Part shown: piece by piece, positions 1 to 10,900 of the stretch
Layout of the letters: every line of letters begins with the position of its first letter
How positions within the stretch are numbered: the stretch's first letter is position 1
DNA from: Myxococcota bacterium
GTDB lineage: Bacteria > Myxococcota_A > SURF-8 > G963663525
Length of the DNA stretch: 64,000 nucleotides
Direction: 5' to 3'
Assembly (NCBI GenBank): GCA_963676915.2
Contig: CAXXVK010000068.1
Location: 32,001-96,000 of the forward strand
Translations under genes and position numbers: made by a program
Notes under the pieces: generated by a model
What the model was told of the DNA's origin: nothing
Databases searched by the model: none
Seen by the model: the letters and a program-made list of their open reading frames with translations, nothing else

Positions 1-1275
1 GCACTTGACCGGGAATTTCCACATATTCCCGTTTTTTTCGGTTCTTCGAACCAGTATAAAACCTACACGATGATTTTCGTGCCGTTTCACCTGGAAGGCC
101 GCAAACCTCGCTTCGAACGACAAGAGTTGGAACGTTTTGCTCTGAAAAAGATCGAAGCTATCCAATATTTCTGCAAACAGCACGGTTTGAACTGCAAAGA
201 CGCGATTCGTGATTTTTGCAGTGAATTGGGATTGGACCTGCTCGTGGCCACCGAATCCAAAGGAACGGAGCAGGATTATCCATTCGATGCAGAGCGGGTT
301 ACTTCGGAATTTCTGCTGGAATTTTTCAAAACGAATTACTACTGCCACATGATCGACTCGTCGGACGAGCCCGTGCTTTTTTCACTGGTCGATGATCCGG
401 CTGCGGCTTATTATGCGGATACCGATATTGAAATCGAGTTGTTTAAAGGGGATACCGCACCGGTGATCCTGCTGAATTTGAACGTTTACGATATCCCGGA
501 CAATCCGTTGAAAATGGCGTTTTTATACAATGTGGCCACTGATCGCCATATTGGAGAACTCAACGCTTACGCCGAGAAGAATTACATTACTCTCAATGTG
601 CTGTTCAAAGATGAAAAAGAAGACCTCTGGTACGGATTTACTCGCATGATCGACCTGCCGGGGGCTTTGCGGGAACGCATTGGAGAAATTGTCAGCGAAG
701 CATCGGAATACCTGTTGGAAATTCCGGAAGATAGCTTTGATTTCAATGCGGCGGTTCACCGGTATCTGATGGAAGAAGACGGCGAAGAATTCGACGACGA
801 AGAGCCAGAAGATGAAAGCGACGTTCAAGAAGAGTTTTCTATAGTAGAAGAAGAAATCCCCGAAACTGCACCGGAAGATAGTGATGAAAAACCGGATCGG
901 CCGGAACGTCCCGAGCGTCCTGAAAAACGGGAATCACAGGAATTCGAAGTCCGACGTAGCCCGAAGCCGACGAAACCCCGCCGGGACCGCTCTCAGCGGC
1001 TTAACCGGGTGTTGCTCAAACCGACACGTCGTCCTAGTCGCGATGTGACTGATCGGATGGCTGTCACCATGGGAGACAAACGTGTGGTGTCGCGGAACGA
1101 AGATCGCGTCGAGCGCCTCAGTCGTCGAGTGATTATTCTCGAAAATAAGCTGATGCAGAAAGAGCGGGAAAGCCTGCGTTTTCAAGAAGATTTACGCCTC
1201 GCCAAAGAACAGATCCGTTTTCTGGAGCAGGAAAATCTGGAGTTGGAAAAGCGCTGGTGGAAGTTCTGGAAATAA
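1..1275 (+). CDS. Hypothetical protein with acidic tract, C-terminal coiled coil and terminal KRWWKFWK motif (possibly 5'-partial)
   Basis: ORF 70..1275, but the frame is open from base 1. E/D-rich linker, ERPERPE repeats, heptad-like C-terminus. Confidence 0.75.
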   Translation, partial: ALDREFPHIPVFFGSSNQYKTYTMIFVPFHLEGRKPRFERQELERFALKKIEAIQYFCKQHGLNCKDAIRDFCSELGLDLLVATESKGTEQDYPFDAERVTSEFLLEFFKTNYYCHMIDSSDEPVLFSLVDDPAAAYYADTDIEIELFKGDTAPVILLNLNVYDIPDNPLKMAFLYNVATDRHIGELNAYAEKNYITLNVLFKDEKEDLWYGFTRMIDLPGALRERIGEIVSEASEYLLEIPEDSFDFNAAVHRYLMEEDGEEFDDEEPEDESDVQEEFSIVEEEIPETAPEDSDEKPDRPERPERPEKRESQEFEVRRSPKPTKPRRDRSQRLNRVLLKPTRRPSRDVTDRMAVTMGDKRVVSRNEDRVERLSRRVIILENKLMQKERESLRFQEDLRLAKEQIRFLEQENLELEKRWWKFWK

Positions 1276-1338
1276 GACTCAAAACGACTTCATTTTGTCG
1301 TTTTGACGCGAAAAATCTTTTTTAGAAAAAGTTCTCTC

Positions 1339-2138
1339 ATGAAACTCAAAGAATATACTGCGGCAAATCGTAAAGCCTGGAACGAGGTTATGCCGGTCCA
1401 TCGGAAGCACCGCAAGATCGATTACGACGAGTTTTTTTCCGAGTCGGGCGCTTCGGTGCTTGATGATCTCGTAACGGCCAAAATCCGAACCATTGGGATC
1501 GAAGGACGAAACGTTGCGCATTATTGTTGCAACAATGGCGTGGAGTTGCTTTCTCTCGTCAATCTAGGCGGACATAAAGGAACCGGTTTCGATATCAGCG
1601 ATGCAGCCATACAGGAGGCGCGGTCTTTTGCTGATAATGCCGGGATTGCCGCCGAATTCATCCGTACGGATCTTTATGATTTGGAACCCGGCCAATATCG
1701 CGGTTTCGACTTTGTATTTTTCACGATCGGTGGATTGTGCTGGCTGCCGGATCTTTCGAAAATCTTTGAAATCGTTGCGGAATCTATGGAAGAGGGTGGG
1801 GATCTGCTGATTTACGACATGCATCCCTTTCTCAATATGCTGGCGTTTCCCGATGAGGAGCTTTTCAAAGATCCGTATCGAGTGGAATATTCCTATTTCA
1901 AGCAAGATCCGTGGGTTTCGAGTGATGGAATCGATTACATCGGCGGCACGCGCTACGACGGTGAAACCCATTACGATTGGAGTCACAGCCTGTCCGATCT
2001 ATTGAACGCGGCTATCGGAGCGGGTTGAACTTGCGTTCATTCGATGAATTCTCCCACGATATCTCCAACCTGTTTTCACATCTGAAGCCGGAAGACAGAA
2101 TGATTCCAACGAGTTACATGGCGAATTTTCGGAAATAA
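1339..2138 (+). CDS. Class I SAM-dependent methyltransferase (single-base frameshift near 2024)
   Basis: VAHYCCNNG motif I variant, GFDIS, DLLIYDMHP. The track ORF stops at 2028, but adding one T at gcgggttgaac continues as AGLNLRSFDEFSHDIS...FRK* to TAA 2136-2138. Confidence 0.8.
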
Positions 2139-2144
2139 TACGGT

Positions 2145-3638
2145 TTACGGACGCACCGTGAAAATGTTGTATCCCCAAGCCTGTAATTCCAGATAAAGCC
2201 CACCGTTACGAATTTCCTCGCAGTCCCGGCGATAGTGTTCGAGGGACATCGTGTCCGTAAGTTGGACCGTTTCGCTTCGTCCCAGATCCCCAATTGCGAA
2301 AGCCTGCGATGGTGTGTCTGCTAGGTTGACCGCTACCAGCAGCCCGCCTCTGTGGTCGTTTTTCCAGAAATGCACGAACATTCGTCGGCAACTCTGATTG
2401 CCGGTCCACACCGGCTTGACTTCGAAGCGAATCCATTGTCCTTGTTGAAACGCCGGATTTTCCAGAGCGCGGAGGAGATCCGTGTAGAATTTTTCCACAT
2501 CTCGTTGAGGTTTCTCATCGGCCCAGCGATTGAGTTGAACGGGATACTGGATTCGTCTTCCTTCTAGTTGTCCGTGATGAAACAACGTTAGACCGGGAAT
2601 TGTGGATGTCAGGACCATCATGGCATTCTGACGTTCTCTTGGTTCTGCCATGGCGAGACGTGGTTCGTCGTGGTTTTCCAAAAAATGCACGCACCGTTCC
2701 AAGTAGTCCATGCTTCCGTTCAAGTGGGCGTCTATACCCTCGATATCGTTGGTAAATTGGCGATCGTACAACCGTTTGTCGTAAGCGTAGTTGAACCCCA
2801 TCTGCAACAGATCGTATTCGCGTTCCCAATAGGCTTCGGCAATGAAGAGAAACAGCGGATGGTTCAATTTCACGGCTTGCAAAGCTTCCGGCCAGAATTG
2901 ATAGCTGTCGGGGACCAGTCCAAGGCCGCTATTTTGTTCTCCCCAGGTTTTGTGAAAGACATCGGCCAGCAGCAGCATTGCCATATCGCAGCGCAATCCG
3001 TCACACATCTCTGCAATTTCACACAACTGCTTTTTCATGGCGGCGATGGCGCCCGGATGGCGGTAATTGATCTGAACCGTGTCGGTCCACGGGAGAAAAT
3101 GGGGATCTTTGCCATGCATCAATCGATGCGTTTTCGTGTCGGTTTCTACGGTGAAAAACGCACCCGGATCGCTGCTTTCGGTAGCTGGAATAAAGTACTC
3201 CGGGTGAGTTCGGGTCCATGGATGATCGACGGAAAGATGGTTGGGTACGAAATCGAGTATCAGGCCGATTCCTCTGCGGGCGAGGCGCTCTCGAAACTCG
3301 GCCAGAGCCGCAGGACCACCTAGAGACGGTTCGACCGTGTATTCCGCAATGGCATAAGGAGAGCCTCCGATGTCATCCTGCGTGAAATCGGGTAAAATTT
3401 CACGGCATGTATCGAGCATCTCGGGGCAGTTCTCCGCGATTTCCCTTGCCAGAGGGCCGGTTTTCCAGACACCCATCAGCCAGATGAGATCGAAACCCAG
3501 AGAGGCGAGCCGGTCGATTTCTTTCCCCGGAACCTGATCGAGCGTAATGGTTTTCCCGTAGGTTCGGCTCAGTTCGTTCATCCAGACGCGGGTGTTGATT
3601 TCGTAAAGAACCGGATGAACGGTTTCGAGATGTCGCAT
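2145..3638 (-). CDS. Alpha-amylase family (GH13) glycoside hydrolase
   Basis: GH13 conserved regions LDFVPNH, DGLRCDMAM, FIAEAYW, FLENHDEPR. Start set at the ATG with GGGAG upstream. Confidence 0.9.
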   Translation of the reverse strand: MRHLETVHPVLYEINTRVWMNELSRTYGKTITLDQVPGKEIDRLASLGFDLIWLMGVWKTGPLAREIAENCPEMLDTCREILPDFTQDDIGGSPYAIAEYTVEPSLGGPAALAEFRERLARRGIGLILDFVPNHLSVDHPWTRTHPEYFIPATESSDPGAFFTVETDTKTHRLMHGKDPHFLPWTDTVQINYRHPGAIAAMKKQLCEIAEMCDGLRCDMAMLLLADVFHKTWGEQNSGLGLVPDSYQFWPEALQAVKLNHPLFLFIAEAYWEREYDLLQMGFNYAYDKRLYDRQFTNDIEGIDAHLNGSMDYLERCVHFLENHDEPRLAMAEPRERQNAMMVLTSTIPGLTLFHHGQLEGRRIQYPVQLNRWADEKPQRDVEKFYTDLLRALENPAFQQGQWIRFEVKPVWTGNQSCRRMFVHFWKNDHRGGLLVAVNLADTPSQAFAIGDLGRSETVQLTDTMSLEHYRRDCEEIRNGGLYLELQAWGYNIFTVRP

Positions 3639-3803
3639 AATTGGCTCCCAAAAGACTCGAAAATGCGAAAACAAACGTCACGGTACGAATCGAACTCGGT
3701 TAACTCGCTGTATACAACACATTTCCTTATCAGATTTCTCAAGCCATTGCCAATTTCCCATTTTGCAAATGACTTGGGATCTTATTCATGGCAATGACAA
3801 TTG

Positions 3804-3842
3804 AAAAAAGCCGCGTTAGAAAGGAAATTTCCTTTAACGCAG
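3804..3842 (-). terminator. Probable intrinsic terminator after lipoprotein gene
   Basis: Hairpin gcgtta(g)aaagga...tcctttaacgc followed on the minus strand by a T run. Confidence 0.55.
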
Positions 3843-3868
3843 TCAAGACTGACGTTGGATGTGGGGAT

Positions 3869-4732
3869 CTAATGTATTGTTAGATAGTAATCGATTTCCA
3901 GCGTGTTTCCGTCGATGGTGGTCGAGGCCGTCCCGTTGGTAGCCGTGCAACAAGGCAGATCTATGTTGATCGTACCACTGCCCACGGTGTCGTCTCCCCC
4001 TGTGAAAAGTCCATCGTCGTTTTCCCAGAATTTGAAACTGTATTGAAGCGGGAATGTTCCCGTGCATCTACAACTCCCATCAACCCAATTGCTGTGATAA
4101 ATATATCTTAGAGAACTGCCTGCCGAATCACTGAAACTATTTGAAATGGATGCCTCTACATACCCACCAGGAAAATAATCTTTTAGGATAGATTTTCCCG
4201 TGAATTCCATTTCATCAGGGCGGGAACCCCAAGGATCGTAGTCTTTGGTTTGTTTCCAGTAGATGTAACTATTTACATCAAATTGCACTCCGTTTTCCGG
4301 TGGATCGGAAATGTACTCAGGATCTTGGGTGATTGTAACTTCCTTTGCCTGGCTTTCTTTTCCTTCCGTATTGACCGCTTTGATGGAAAAAAGGTTTTCG
4401 CCTTCCATGAGATCAGCTTCGTAGTCCCATCGATAAAGGTCTTCGGAAATTTCCTCACCCAAATCTACGGTTTCTTCGTTAATGAGAACATGAGACGCCT
4501 GATAGGCCACTCCTGCAATCGTGAAGGTATCTTCCGCCGTCGTGGGTTGGTTATCCATGTCGATGTTGTCAATGTCCAAAATGGGAATGTTTTCAATTTC
4601 ACGTGGACCTGAATCGAAGGCAGCCGGATCGTTGGAGTGGTCCTCGTCATCCCCTCCACATCCGACAAATGAAAGCGACACAAAGCAAAGTAGGAATGTG
4701 TAAACAATAGTGTTTTTACGGCTGGTTTTCAT
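3869..4732 (-). CDS. Lipoprotein with Ig-like domain and a C-terminal C2-like (Asp-loop) domain
   Basis: Lipobox FVGC. Ig-like motif LMEGENLFSIKAVN. C-terminal DYDPWGSRPD and FWENDDG..GGDD.VG. Paralog of 54084..54860. Confidence 0.75.
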   Translation of the reverse strand: MKTSRKNTIVYTFLLCFVSLSFVGCGGDDEDHSNDPAAFDSGPREIENIPILDIDNIDMDNQPTTAEDTFTIAGVAYQASHVLINEETVDLGEEISEDLYRWDYEADLMEGENLFSIKAVNTEGKESQAKEVTITQDPEYISDPPENGVQFDVNSYIYWKQTKDYDPWGSRPDEMEFTGKSILKDYFPGGYVEASISNSFSDSAGSSLRYIYHSNWVDGSCRCTGTFPLQYSFKFWENDDGLFTGGDDTVGSGTINIDLPCCTATNGTASTTIDGNTLEIDYYLTIH

Positions 4733-4762
4733 GAATTCTCCCCACGGATCGTAACCGTGATT

Positions 4763-4797
4763 AAAAAATCCTGTAAAAGCTTACTTTTACAGGATTT
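4763..4797 (-). terminator. Intrinsic terminator ending the tkt-lipoprotein transcript
   Basis: Perfect 14-bp stem aaatcctgtaaaag / cttttacaggattt, 4-nt loop, T run on the minus strand. Confidence 0.75.
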
Positions 4798-4845
4798 CCA
4801 AATGTTGTCAATACCTTACCGGTACTGGTCTTTTTATGTGGAAGC

Positions 4846-5481
4846 TCATTCCGTGGCTACGATCTTCCATTTTTTGTCGATTTTGCGGAATACGAAAAAA
4901 TAACTGTCGGGAAAATAGACCTTGGCTTTGGTGCCGGAGCGATCTACCTTGGCGATTCCCATCCAGTCTCCTTTTTTCACGAACGGCTTGATGTCTTCCG
5001 CTCCGGGGAAGAAGTTCCATACCGGAATTTTCTTTTGGAACTGTTCGTAGGTCAGAATGAAAAATCGGTTGGGACGTTCGAAATCGAAAATCTGTGCCGG
5101 TTCGACTTTTTCCAGCGGCTGAGATGCGAAGGTTTTCTTTACCTGTGCGAGGTATTCTTCTTTATTTACGTGGGGTTCCTTGAATTCCAGCGTTCTCCCG
5201 ACCAAATCCAGTTCATCGTCGAAATTCTTGGAGAATTTCTCCATATCTTCATCGAAATACTGCCCGATCACCTTTTGAAAATGCTTTTTCATTTTCTTGC
5301 GTTGACGCATTTTCCGATCGGCCTTGGTCAGCTTTCTTTTGGTTTTCTTTTTCTTGCCGATGCCGGTGAGAAGGTCGCGTTCGTGTTGTTCTTGTTCCAA
5401 GGCTTTTTGATTGCTCGAACATCCAAAAATCAGCATGGATGCGATGATCGAGATGGCCGCTACAAGTAAAAATCGCTTCAT
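4846..5481 (-). CDS. Hypothetical lipoprotein, Lys-rich N-terminus, possibly NTF2-like fold
   Basis: MKRFLLVAA...IFGC lipobox, GAGGAG RBS. Ends FVFRKIDKKWKIVATE. Confidence 0.7.
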   Translation of the reverse strand: MKRFLLVAAISIIASMLIFGCSSNQKALEQEQHERDLLTGIGKKKKTKRKLTKADRKMRQRKKMKKHFQKVIGQYFDEDMEKFSKNFDDELDLVGRTLEFKEPHVNKEEYLAQVKKTFASQPLEKVEPAQIFDFERPNRFFILTYEQFQKKIPVWNFFPGAEDIKPFVKKGDWMGIAKVDRSGTKAKVYFPDSYFFVFRKIDKKWKIVATE

Positions 5482-5528
5482 TCCAAGGCTCCTCGTATTG
5501 TAGATCGCTTTTCTATAATTTTGATATT

Positions 5529-7556
5529 TCAGGCTTTTCTCTCTTCTCGCTTGGTAAGCCAGGCAGAAACTTTCTCGGCGACGGCTTCTGCCGTGAAACC
5601 GAACTTTTCGGCCAGAACGTTTCCAGGGGCGGAGCGTCCGAAGCCGTCCATGCCGATGACCAGCCCGTGAGATCCGGCAATACGCCACCATCCGCCGGGA
5701 GAACCGGCTTCGACCACGGCTTTGGGCATTTTATGCGGAAGGACGCTGCGGCGGTATTCGGTGTCCTGTGCCATGAAAACTTCTCGGCAAGGCATGGAAA
5801 CCACTCGGAACTTTCGGCCTTCTTTTTCCAGTTTTTTCGCGGCTTCGATGGCGATATGCACTTCCGAGCCCGTCGCCACGATGACGGCTTCCGGTCCGCC
5901 TTCCGGTTCCCACGCCGTGTAAGCGCCTTTGGAAATCAGGCTTTCATTTACGGAGGAAGGAAGTTCCAGCGCCGGGACTTTCTGCCGGGAGAACACTAAG
6001 GCACAGGGTCCGTCTTGCCGACGCAAGGCATGGGCATAGGCGGCGGCGACTTCCTCGCCGCATGCCGGACGCCACAGTTCGAGGTTGGGAATCAGGCGCA
6101 TGGCCTCAAGGTGCTCGATCGGCTGGTGGGTGGGACCGTCTTCACCGACGTAGAACGAATCGTGGGTGTAGATGAACAGGCTGTTGAGTTTCATCAGAGC
6201 CGCGAGACGCACGGGAGGACGCATGAAGTCCGAAAACACGAAAAATGTGCCGCAATAACCGCGAAACGCTCCGTACAAATTGATACCGTTGGTGATGGCT
6301 CCCATTGCCAACTCACGAATGCCGAAACGCAGGTTGCGTCCAAGATAGCTTCCCGGACCGACATCCTCTGCCCCGGCGATTTCGGTTTTGTTCGAGGGTC
6401 CAAGATCAGCCGAACCACCAATGAGGCGCGGATGAAGTTTCGCCACAGCGTTAAGTGCTGCACCCGAAAGCTTTCGGGTCGGAGCTTCGGTTCCCGGCAT
6501 GGCGGCGAGAATCTTTTCATACAGATCTTCCGGCCAGGGTTCCGGTTCGACATGTTGTTTCCAGATCTCATACAGGTCAGGGTTGCGCTCTTTCCAGCTA
6601 TCGAATTGCGATTGCCAGATTTCATGTTCTCGCTGTCGTGGTTTAACGGCCTGACGGAAGAACTCCCGAACCTCGTCGGGAACGTGGAATTCGGGGTTGT
6701 CTTTCCAGCCGAGCACTTCTTTCGTCAGCGCGGCTTCTTCTTCTCCCAACGGAGCGCCGTGACAGTCAGGAGTATCCTGTTTGTTGGGGCTTCCCCAGCC
6801 GATATGCGTGCGTACCACGACGAGCTTGGGACGTTCCTCGTCTTCCATCACCTCTTGAATGGCCGCTTCCATCGAATCGTAGTCTCGACCGCTGCACTCG
6901 GCGACCTTCCATCCCAAAGCTTCGAAACGTTTGGGAATATCGTCGGAGAAGGTGAGGTTGGTGCTTCCTTCAATGGTGATGTCGTTGCTGTCGTAGAAGT
7001 AAAGGAGATTGTCGAGCTTGTGGTGTCCGGCAAACGAAGCGGCCTCTTCGGCGGCGCCTTCCATCAGATCCCCATCGCTGACGATACCGACGATTTTATG
7101 TCCTACGGGGTTCCATTCGTCATCCCGCTGAAGCCGTGCCTGGAGCATTTTCTCTGCCAACGCCATGCCGACACCATGGGCGAAACCCTGGCCAAGCGGA
7201 CCGGTGGTCGTTTCGACTCCTGCCGTTTCACCGTATTCCGGGTGACCCGGTGTGCGGCTGCCCCATTGACGGAAGTTCTTGATATCTTTGATGGAAACAT
7301 CGTATCCGCAAAGGTGCAGGAGGGAGTACAACAGCATGGAACCATGTCCTGCGGAGAGCACGAAGCGGTCCCGGTCACGCCAGGACGGGTCCGTCGGGTC
7401 GAAACGAAGATGGCGCGTGAAAAGATAGACGGCGGCCTTGGCCATACCCATCGGCATTCCCGGATGGCCCGAACGGGCTTTCTCGATAGCATCGATGGCG
7501 AGAAAACGAACCGTGTCGGCACTGAGATTGAGAAGTTGTTTGTTCAATGGCTTCAT
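5529..7556 (-). CDS. tkt: Transketolase
   Basis: [17 protein letters not shown] motif [24 protein letters not shown]. Confidence 0.98.
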   Translation of the reverse strand: MKPLNKQLLNLSADTVRFLAIDAIEKARSGHPGMPMGMAKAAVYLFTRHLRFDPTDPSWRDRDRFVLSAGHGSMLLYSLLHLCGYDVSIKDIKNFRQWGSRTPGHPEYGETAGVETTTGPLGQGFAHGVGMALAEKMLQARLQRDDEWNPVGHKIVGIVSDGDLMEGAAEEAASFAGHHKLDNLLYFYDSNDITIEGSTNLTFSDDIPKRFEALGWKVAECSGRDYDSMEAAIQEVMEDEERPKLVVVRTHIGWGSPNKQDTPDCHGAPLGEEEAALTKEVLGWKDNPEFHVPDEVREFFRQAVKPRQREHEIWQSQFDSWKERNPDLYEIWKQHVEPEPWPEDLYEKILAAMPGTEAPTRKLSGAALNAVAKLHPRLIGGSADLGPSNKTEIAGAEDVGPGSYLGRNLRFGIRELAMGAITNGINLYGAFRGYCGTFFVFSDFMRPPVRLAALMKLNSLFIYTHDSFYVGEDGPTHQPIEHLEAMRLIPNLELWRPACGEEVAAAYAHALRRQDGPCALVFSRQKVPALELPSSVNESLISKGAYTAWEPEGGPEAVIVATGSEVHIAIEAAKKLEKEGRKFRVVSMPCREVFMAQDTEYRRSVLPHKMPKAVVEAGSPGGWWRIAGSHGLVIGMDGFGRSAPGNVLAEKFGFTAEAVAEKVSAWLTKREERKA

Positions 7557-7914
7557 ACCGGGCCTCCATGGGCAAGACATAAATCTTAAGCAAAAAACGG
7601 AATGCGCTACTATTCCACAGGCTGTTTCTCATGGCAAGAAAGTTGAAGCGACTTTCTTAGTCTGTTGTACGATTTGGAGCTCTTGAAAAAGGATCCAGTT
7701 GCATTGTATATTGAAAAGTAAATTATTTTGTGCGATCTTTGGGATTCACTTTAAAAATCCGCACAAAAATAGGTACAATCCCTGGTTCCTTCATTGCAGC
7801 GTAGTCCAGGTTTTGATTGTATTTTTTCTGAAAATAATGGTACATTAAATTTGAGCATATGCTTGGATTTTCTTGGGATTCCCGGAAGCATATACCGACT
7901 GTAAAGGGGGACAA

Positions 7915-10900
7915 GTGAGCGACCAAAGGCATGATCAGCAACGCGAAAACGCAGACGCCTGGCTGAAAAAGGAACTAGAGCAAGCTCGACAACGTATCCG
8001 GGAGTTGGAAGCCAAGCTGGCAGGTATTGATAACGAGATCCCTCCTCACTCCTCTTCTGTTCAGGGTAAAGCAAAGCGTTTCTCGGATGAAGTTCTCGAC
8101 AATTTGCCGGGACTGGTATGCACCATTGATATGGGAAACCAGTTGGTTCGTTGGAACAAAGAAATGGAAACGGTTACTGGTTATTCGGCTGAAGAACTGG
8201 ACGGAATGAACGTGATCGAGTTTTTTCTTGATGAAACAGATCAGAAACGCATCCAAGAGAAAATCAAAGAAACCTACGAGAAGGGTTATTCGAACGTCGA
8301 AGCGCATTTGACGACGAAGACTGGTGAAGAAATTCCGTACGTTTTCAATGGAAACCTAAAGGAACTCAACGGAGTATCTTACATTGTCGCTCATGGTGTC
8401 AACGTTTCCAGGCTTACCAAAATTTTGGATGACTTGAAACGTAGCGAACAAAACTACCGTAATTTCATCACCCATGCCAGCGAGGGAATTTACCGGGTAG
8501 ACATTACGGAACCGATTCCAATTGATCTTCCGGACGAAAAAATTGTTGCATTGATCGATGAACGTTCCGTTGTCGGTGACGTCAATGCAGCTTTAGCAAA
8601 AATGTACGGTTTGACGCCGCTGGACATGATTGGCAAACCCACCATCAAGTTCGCACCGGGGTATGGTAAAAGAGCCTTGCTTGCTGTTCGAGCCGAACAT
8701 TTCCTGGTCAATGGCCAGGAAACAGTCGATATAGACAAAGACGGTAACCCGCTTTATTTGTCCGAGTCGTATTCGGCGGCTGTCGAAAACGGGTATTTGA
8801 CACGTATATGGGGAGCGCAACGCGATATTACTGCCACAAAGAAAGCAGACCAAAAGCTGAAAGAAAGTGAAGAGCACTACCGGATGCTTTTCGAGACAGC
8901 TCAGGATGCCATTATGGTGGCAGATCCTCATACCGGAATGATACTGGATTGCAATTCGAAAGCCGAAGAGTTGACAGGTTGGTCGAAAGCCGAACTGTTG
9001 ACTATGCACCAAAGTCAGATTCATCCTCCTCAAACAAAGGAAGTCAACCAAGAAGGCTTCCAGAAAGCTGTTCACACTCCCGGTGCTATATATACTGAAA
9101 TCGAAATTCAGTGTCGAGATGGAAGCATCATTCCGGTTGAAATCAGTTCCGGTGGAACAACTCGTATTGGGGAACAAGAATACCACATAGGTACTTTCCG
9201 TGATCTTTCGTACCGAAAAAGAGCAGATGAAGCTCTAAAGGAAAGTGAAGAAAAATATCGAACTTACGTTGAAAATGCACCTGAGGGGATTTTCATCGTC
9301 GATTCGGATGGTCACTATATCGATGTGAACACTAAAGCCTGTGAAATGACTGGATATTCAAGGAAAGAACTCCTGAATATGTCAGTTTCCAATCTCGCTC
9401 CACCCGATGCGCCTCCCGAAGCTACCCGTTCTTTTTCTGAATTGAAGAGTAATGGGCAGGTTCAAGCAGAAATAATACTGTGCAAAAAAGATGGTACCCG
9501 CTTTCCGGCATCTCTTAAAGCGGTGGAAATATCACCCAATCGATACATGGGATTCTGCGGAGATATCTCTGCGAAGAAGAAAGCCGAGGCGGAGTTACAT
9601 TTACAAAGTCTCCTTCTCGATCAGATTCAGGATATGATCACCGGCACCGATCTCAATGGTATTATAACCTATGTCAATAAAGCGGAATGCTTGGCGTTTG
9701 ACAATACACCCGAAGAAATTATTGGAAAAACGATTCATTCTTTCGGTGAAGATGAAATCCGAGGTGCAAGTCAACAAGAAATTCTTGAATCCACTCGAAA
9801 AAACGGTTCATGGTCCGGGGAAGTCGTGAATTTCACGAAAGACGGCAAAGAGATCATTCTTCTAGCCCGAACTCAAATGGTTTACGATGACCATCAGGTT
9901 CCCATTGGAATGGTTGGTATTTCTACGGATATCACAAAAAGAAAACGTACGGAAGAAGCCCTTCGTTTGAGTGAAGAACGGTTTCGTTTGCTTCTTAAAA
10001 ATTCCAGCGATATCGTTGCAGTTATCGACGAAAACGCCAATGAACTGTTTGTTAGTGACTCGGTTGAACGGGTGACTGGTTATACGGTTGAGCAATATCT
10101 CGGAACCAATGGGTTCGATCACGTTCACCCCGAGGATCGTGCTTCCATGGCTGAGTCGATGGAAGCAGTCCTTAGCACTCCCGGAGCACAAGCTACCAAT
10201 GTATACAGGCATCAAACCAAAAACGGAGAGTGGAGATACTTGGAAGCCATTGGCAGCAATTACCTCGATGATCCACGTATTGGTGGAATTATATTGAACA
10301 TTCGAGATATCACGGACCGAAAAAAAGCCGAGGAAGCGATTCGGCACAGTGAAAAAATATTCCGCAAAGTGTTCGATATCCTCCCCGTGGGGCTTTGGCT
10401 GGCCGATCAAGATGGAACGCTTAAAAAAGGGAACATCGCTGGGGTGAAAATCTGGGGTGGTTCACCTTTGGTCCCACAGGAGAACTATGGTGTTTTCAAA
10501 GCAAGGAAGCTTCCCTCAGGCGAAGAAATCGCCCCTGAAGATTGGGCACTTGCCCATACTGTCAATGAAGGGGTTACCATTCTCAACGAGTTGTTGGAAA
10601 TCGATGCTTTCGATGGCGTAAAACGTACGATTCTCAATTCGACGGCTCCCGTGCTGGACGATAACGGGGAAGTCATGGCTGCGATTGTCGTCAATAATGA
10701 TATTACCCAACAGAAAGCTACAGAACAAAAGCTTGCCGAAGCCCTGGAAAAAACTCAAAAACTAGCCGAAGAAACTCATGTCTTTTTCAGTGCGGCCAAA
10801 AGTGTTCTGGAAGACAAAACCTTTGAAGAAACCGCTCGAAAACTTTTCGATGCCTGTCGCCAATTGACTGGAGCCGTGTCCGGGTATGTTGCCTTGACGA

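Noticed and set aside
6015-7589. 524-aa + strand ORF
   Set aside because: Antisense shadow of tkt with no recognisable motifs.
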